Assembly (NCBI GenBank): GCA_037305845.1
Contig: CP147778.1
Coordinates: 2,016,001-2,080,000 of the forward strand
Length of the DNA: 64,000 nt
Direction: 5' to 3'
Source: Candidatus Freyarchaeum deiterrae
GTDB lineage: Archaea > Asgardarchaeota > Jordiarchaeia > Jordiarchaeales > Jordiarchaeaceae
The first letter of the stretch is position 1, and every line of letters begins with the position of its first letter. Positions 61,818-64,000 of this stretch are shown piece after piece. Below the pieces are notes generated by a model. The model saw only the letters and a program-made list of their open reading frames with translations, was not told the origin of the DNA and did not search any database. The position numbers were made by a program, and so were the translations under genes.

Positions 61818-63338
61818 ATGAACTTCATAGGTACTATAATAACTTCAATTTATCCACCTGGCCCAACCACTACAGATTTCAGCTTCGTGGTTACCAATAA
61901 TGAGCCAATTCCTGTTAGGAAGGGTCAGTTTGTTCAAATTAATACTGAAGATGGCTTACTATTGGGCATGGTTCAAGAGATACTTAAAACAAACCGCTTC
62001 TACTCACACCCAGAGTACGTGAAGGAGTATGAGCGCGGAGGCCAACCCTTAACCTCGATTTTTCCCTGTGATAGATGGGATATGCTTATCGCGAACGCGA
62101 AACCCTTGGGTGTTTTCACCAACGGAACTTTTGACAAGGTAAGTTTTCCCCCGTCACCCGGCGAGAAAGTTTACATAGCTGATGACGAAGTTCTTATAAA
62201 TTTACTCGGCCTCGATGTCGAAAACGGACTGAATCTGGGAAACCTGCGTTTCCACGACGTGCCTGCCTCCTTGAACATGACTAAACTGTTGCAGAAACAC
62301 CTAGCCGTTCTGGCTATGAGTGGTAGTGGAAAATCCTATCTCGCCTCGGTACTAATCGAAGAGCTACTATCAAGAAAAGCTGAGAGCGGAAGGGTTGCGG
62401 TGGTCATTATTGATGTTCACGGTGAATACTCCTCACTCGCCAATAAACCCAGTAAAGACAGCCAATTCGATATTTCAGATAAAGTAATTGTTATAAAGAG
62501 CCCTTTCATACAATTCGCTACCCCCCTGATATCCAATAGATGGTTCGGAACCTTCCAGCCGGAAATGTCGCCCATACAAATACGCGAACTAGGCAGAATC
62601 ATTGGTGAAATTAGAAAAGCGCACCGCGAAAAACCGTACTCTCTAACGGATCTGTTAACCCATATAGAAAGTGATGGAAAAATAGGACAGAGGACAAAAG
62701 AGGCACTTCTGGGCTGGTTATACGCTCTCGAGGATACGAAACTCTTTGGAGCAGAAGAAGCCCCTGATTTAGAGAACCTAGTTAAACCCGGCCAAGCAGT
62801 TGTCTTGGACTTAAGTGACACCACCAGTCTCAAGAAAAAGCAGTTAATCGTAACCTACATCGCATCCCGATTATTCGGTCTCAGAAGAAGAGGCAAAATC
62901 CCACCATTCACAATGATTCTTGAGGAAGCGCACCAATTCTGCCCACAGGCCAGGCAGGAACTAGCAATTTCACAAAGCATTATAGAGCAAATAGCAAGAG
63001 AAGGAAGAAAATTCTACGCTTCACTCCTTCTTATAAGTCAAAGACCGGTAAGATTATCGACCACTGTTCTAAGCCAAGCCAATACCCACATTATACTAAG
63101 GATTTCAAATCCCAACGACTTGGACACTATAAAAGCAGGCTCAGAGATGATAACCTCCGATACAGTTGGTATGATCTCCAGCCTTCCCGTTGGAGAGGCG
63201 CTTATTGTGGGAAGCGCTGTTAACTATCCCATTTTTGTTAAAATCAGACAACGCTACACCAAAGAGTCTGCCTACGAAGCGAATCTGGAAAAAGCGGCTA
63301 AAACATACGAAGAATATTCACCCACAGAAGCAAAATAA
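61818..63338 (+). CDS. herA: HerA helicase/translocase
   Basis: HAS barrel, HLAVLAMSGSGKS, DVHGEY, EEAH, REGRKF, SQRP. Confidence 0.94.
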   Translation: MNFIGTIITSIYPPGPTTTDFSFVVTNNEPIPVRKGQFVQINTEDGLLLGMVQEILKTNRFYSHPEYVKEYERGGQPLTSIFPCDRWDMLIANAKPLGVFTNGTFDKVSFPPSPGEKVYIADDEVLINLLGLDVENGLNLGNLRFHDVPASLNMTKLLQKHLAVLAMSGSGKSYLASVLIEELLSRKAESGRVAVVIIDVHGEYSSLANKPSKDSQFDISDKVIVIKSPFIQFATPLISNRWFGTFQPEMSPIQIRELGRIIGEIRKAHREKPYSLTDLLTHIESDGKIGQRTKEALLGWLYALEDTKLFGAEEAPDLENLVKPGQAVVLDLSDTTSLKKKQLIVTYIASRLFGLRRRGKIPPFTMILEEAHQFCPQARQELAISQSIIEQIAREGRKFYASLLLISQRPVRLSTTVLSQANTHIILRISNPNDLDTIKAGSEMITSDTVGMISSLPVGEALIVGSAVNYPIFVKIRQRYTKESAYEANLEKAAKTYEEYSPTEAK

Positions 63339-63457
63339 ATCGGTTCTTTGATTTTAATAGATGCTTTAATTTTAAATTGTGAACAAACCCACAAATTTAT
63401 TTATATTAGCAATCTAACCAAATGTAATAAACTGAAAGACACGGGGAGTTTAATGTT

Positions 63458-64000
63458 ATGAGTCTAGATTTTGGTGAAGGAGTGGACAAAGTCAGAGTTA
63501 GGGTTTTAACGGAAAACACAACCGACATCACGCTTCTAACAGATCAAAAATTCAGAGACAAGGTACAACAACCCGGTCCCTCAACAGTAATGTGTTTAGC
63601 TGAACACGGTTTAGCAATGCTTATTGAGGTAACCGAGGGAGATTCTTTTCATACATTCTTGCTAGATGCTGGTGGTCCATTAGGTTCAATTGCTAACAAC
63701 ACGAAATTTCTACAAATTGACCCCAAAAAGATTGAAAAATTCGTTCTTTCACACGGTCACTTTGATCATTTCGGAGGTCTCAATCATATTATCAATCAGT
63801 TTTCTCAAGGAACAGAAATCATAGTAGCTAAAAACGCGTTTTTGCCCAAATGGGCACTCATGGGTGAATTACTAGACAAATCCATAAAACTTGATAAAGA
63901 AAAATTTGAGCAATTCCAAAAAGAACAAAAAATCAGACAGCTACCCGGGCTCAACAAAGACCTATTCAATGAACAGATAAAAAACAACAATTTAAAATTA
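63458..64000 (+). CDS. MBL-fold metallo-hydrolase (3'-truncated; absent from the ORF track)
   Basis: Open frame from ATG 63458 to the window end: AEHGLAMLIEV, LLDAG, LSHGHFDHFGGL. Confidence 0.9.
   Translation, partial: MSLDFGEGVDKVRVRVLTENTTDITLLTDQKFRDKVQQPGPSTVMCLAEHGLAMLIEVTEGDSFHTFLLDAGGPLGSIANNTKFLQIDPKKIEKFVLSHGHFDHFGGLNHIINQFSQGTEIIVAKNAFLPKWALMGELLDKSIKLDKEKFEQFQKEQKIRQLPGLNKDLFNEQIKNNNLKL

Overview
Gene-dense archaeal chromosome segment. It has archaeal housekeeping genes (thermosome, Rpo6/K, eL13, TrpRS, Sec11, NreA, NurA-HerA) plus several eukaryote-signature-like proteins, so the source is most likely an Asgard archaeon (inference; the class cannot be fixed from this window). 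The ordinary metabolic content is carB (5'-truncated), GlcD/GlcF-like oxidoreductases, a P2A ATPase, ADP-forming acyl-CoA ligase, pyrE, LeuBCD/AksDEF-type enzymes, a GH35 glycosidase, Mrp/Nbp35, a Btu/Fec ABC importer, Fae-Hps, AOR, GcvH and an MBL hydrolase (3'-truncated). No rRNA, tRNA, CRISPR array or transposase was recognised. Three regions stand out. (1) A tight three-gene operon at 21217-23501: a longin/uDENN-like + tandem winged-helix protein, a longin-fused Arf-like GTPase, and a small coiled-coil protein with an Arf/ESCRT-III-like N-terminal amphipathic helix and an ESCRT-I-like hairpin. This is a candidate primitive membrane-remodelling or GTPase-signalling module. (2) A 24.6-31.1 kb cluster containing an OST5/TMEM258-like protein, a membrane protein with a HeH/Rho-N domain, an unknown gene pair with faint RAMP-like motifs and a tail-anchored JAMM protease. 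(3) A BlaI/M56-regulated four-gene ABC export cassette duplicated in tandem (~4 kb units). It has a readable gcvH/blaI pseudogene junction, conserved ACTAC-N5-GTAGT operators, and divergence concentrated in extracellular segments. All family calls come from motif recognition by eye, not from database searches.
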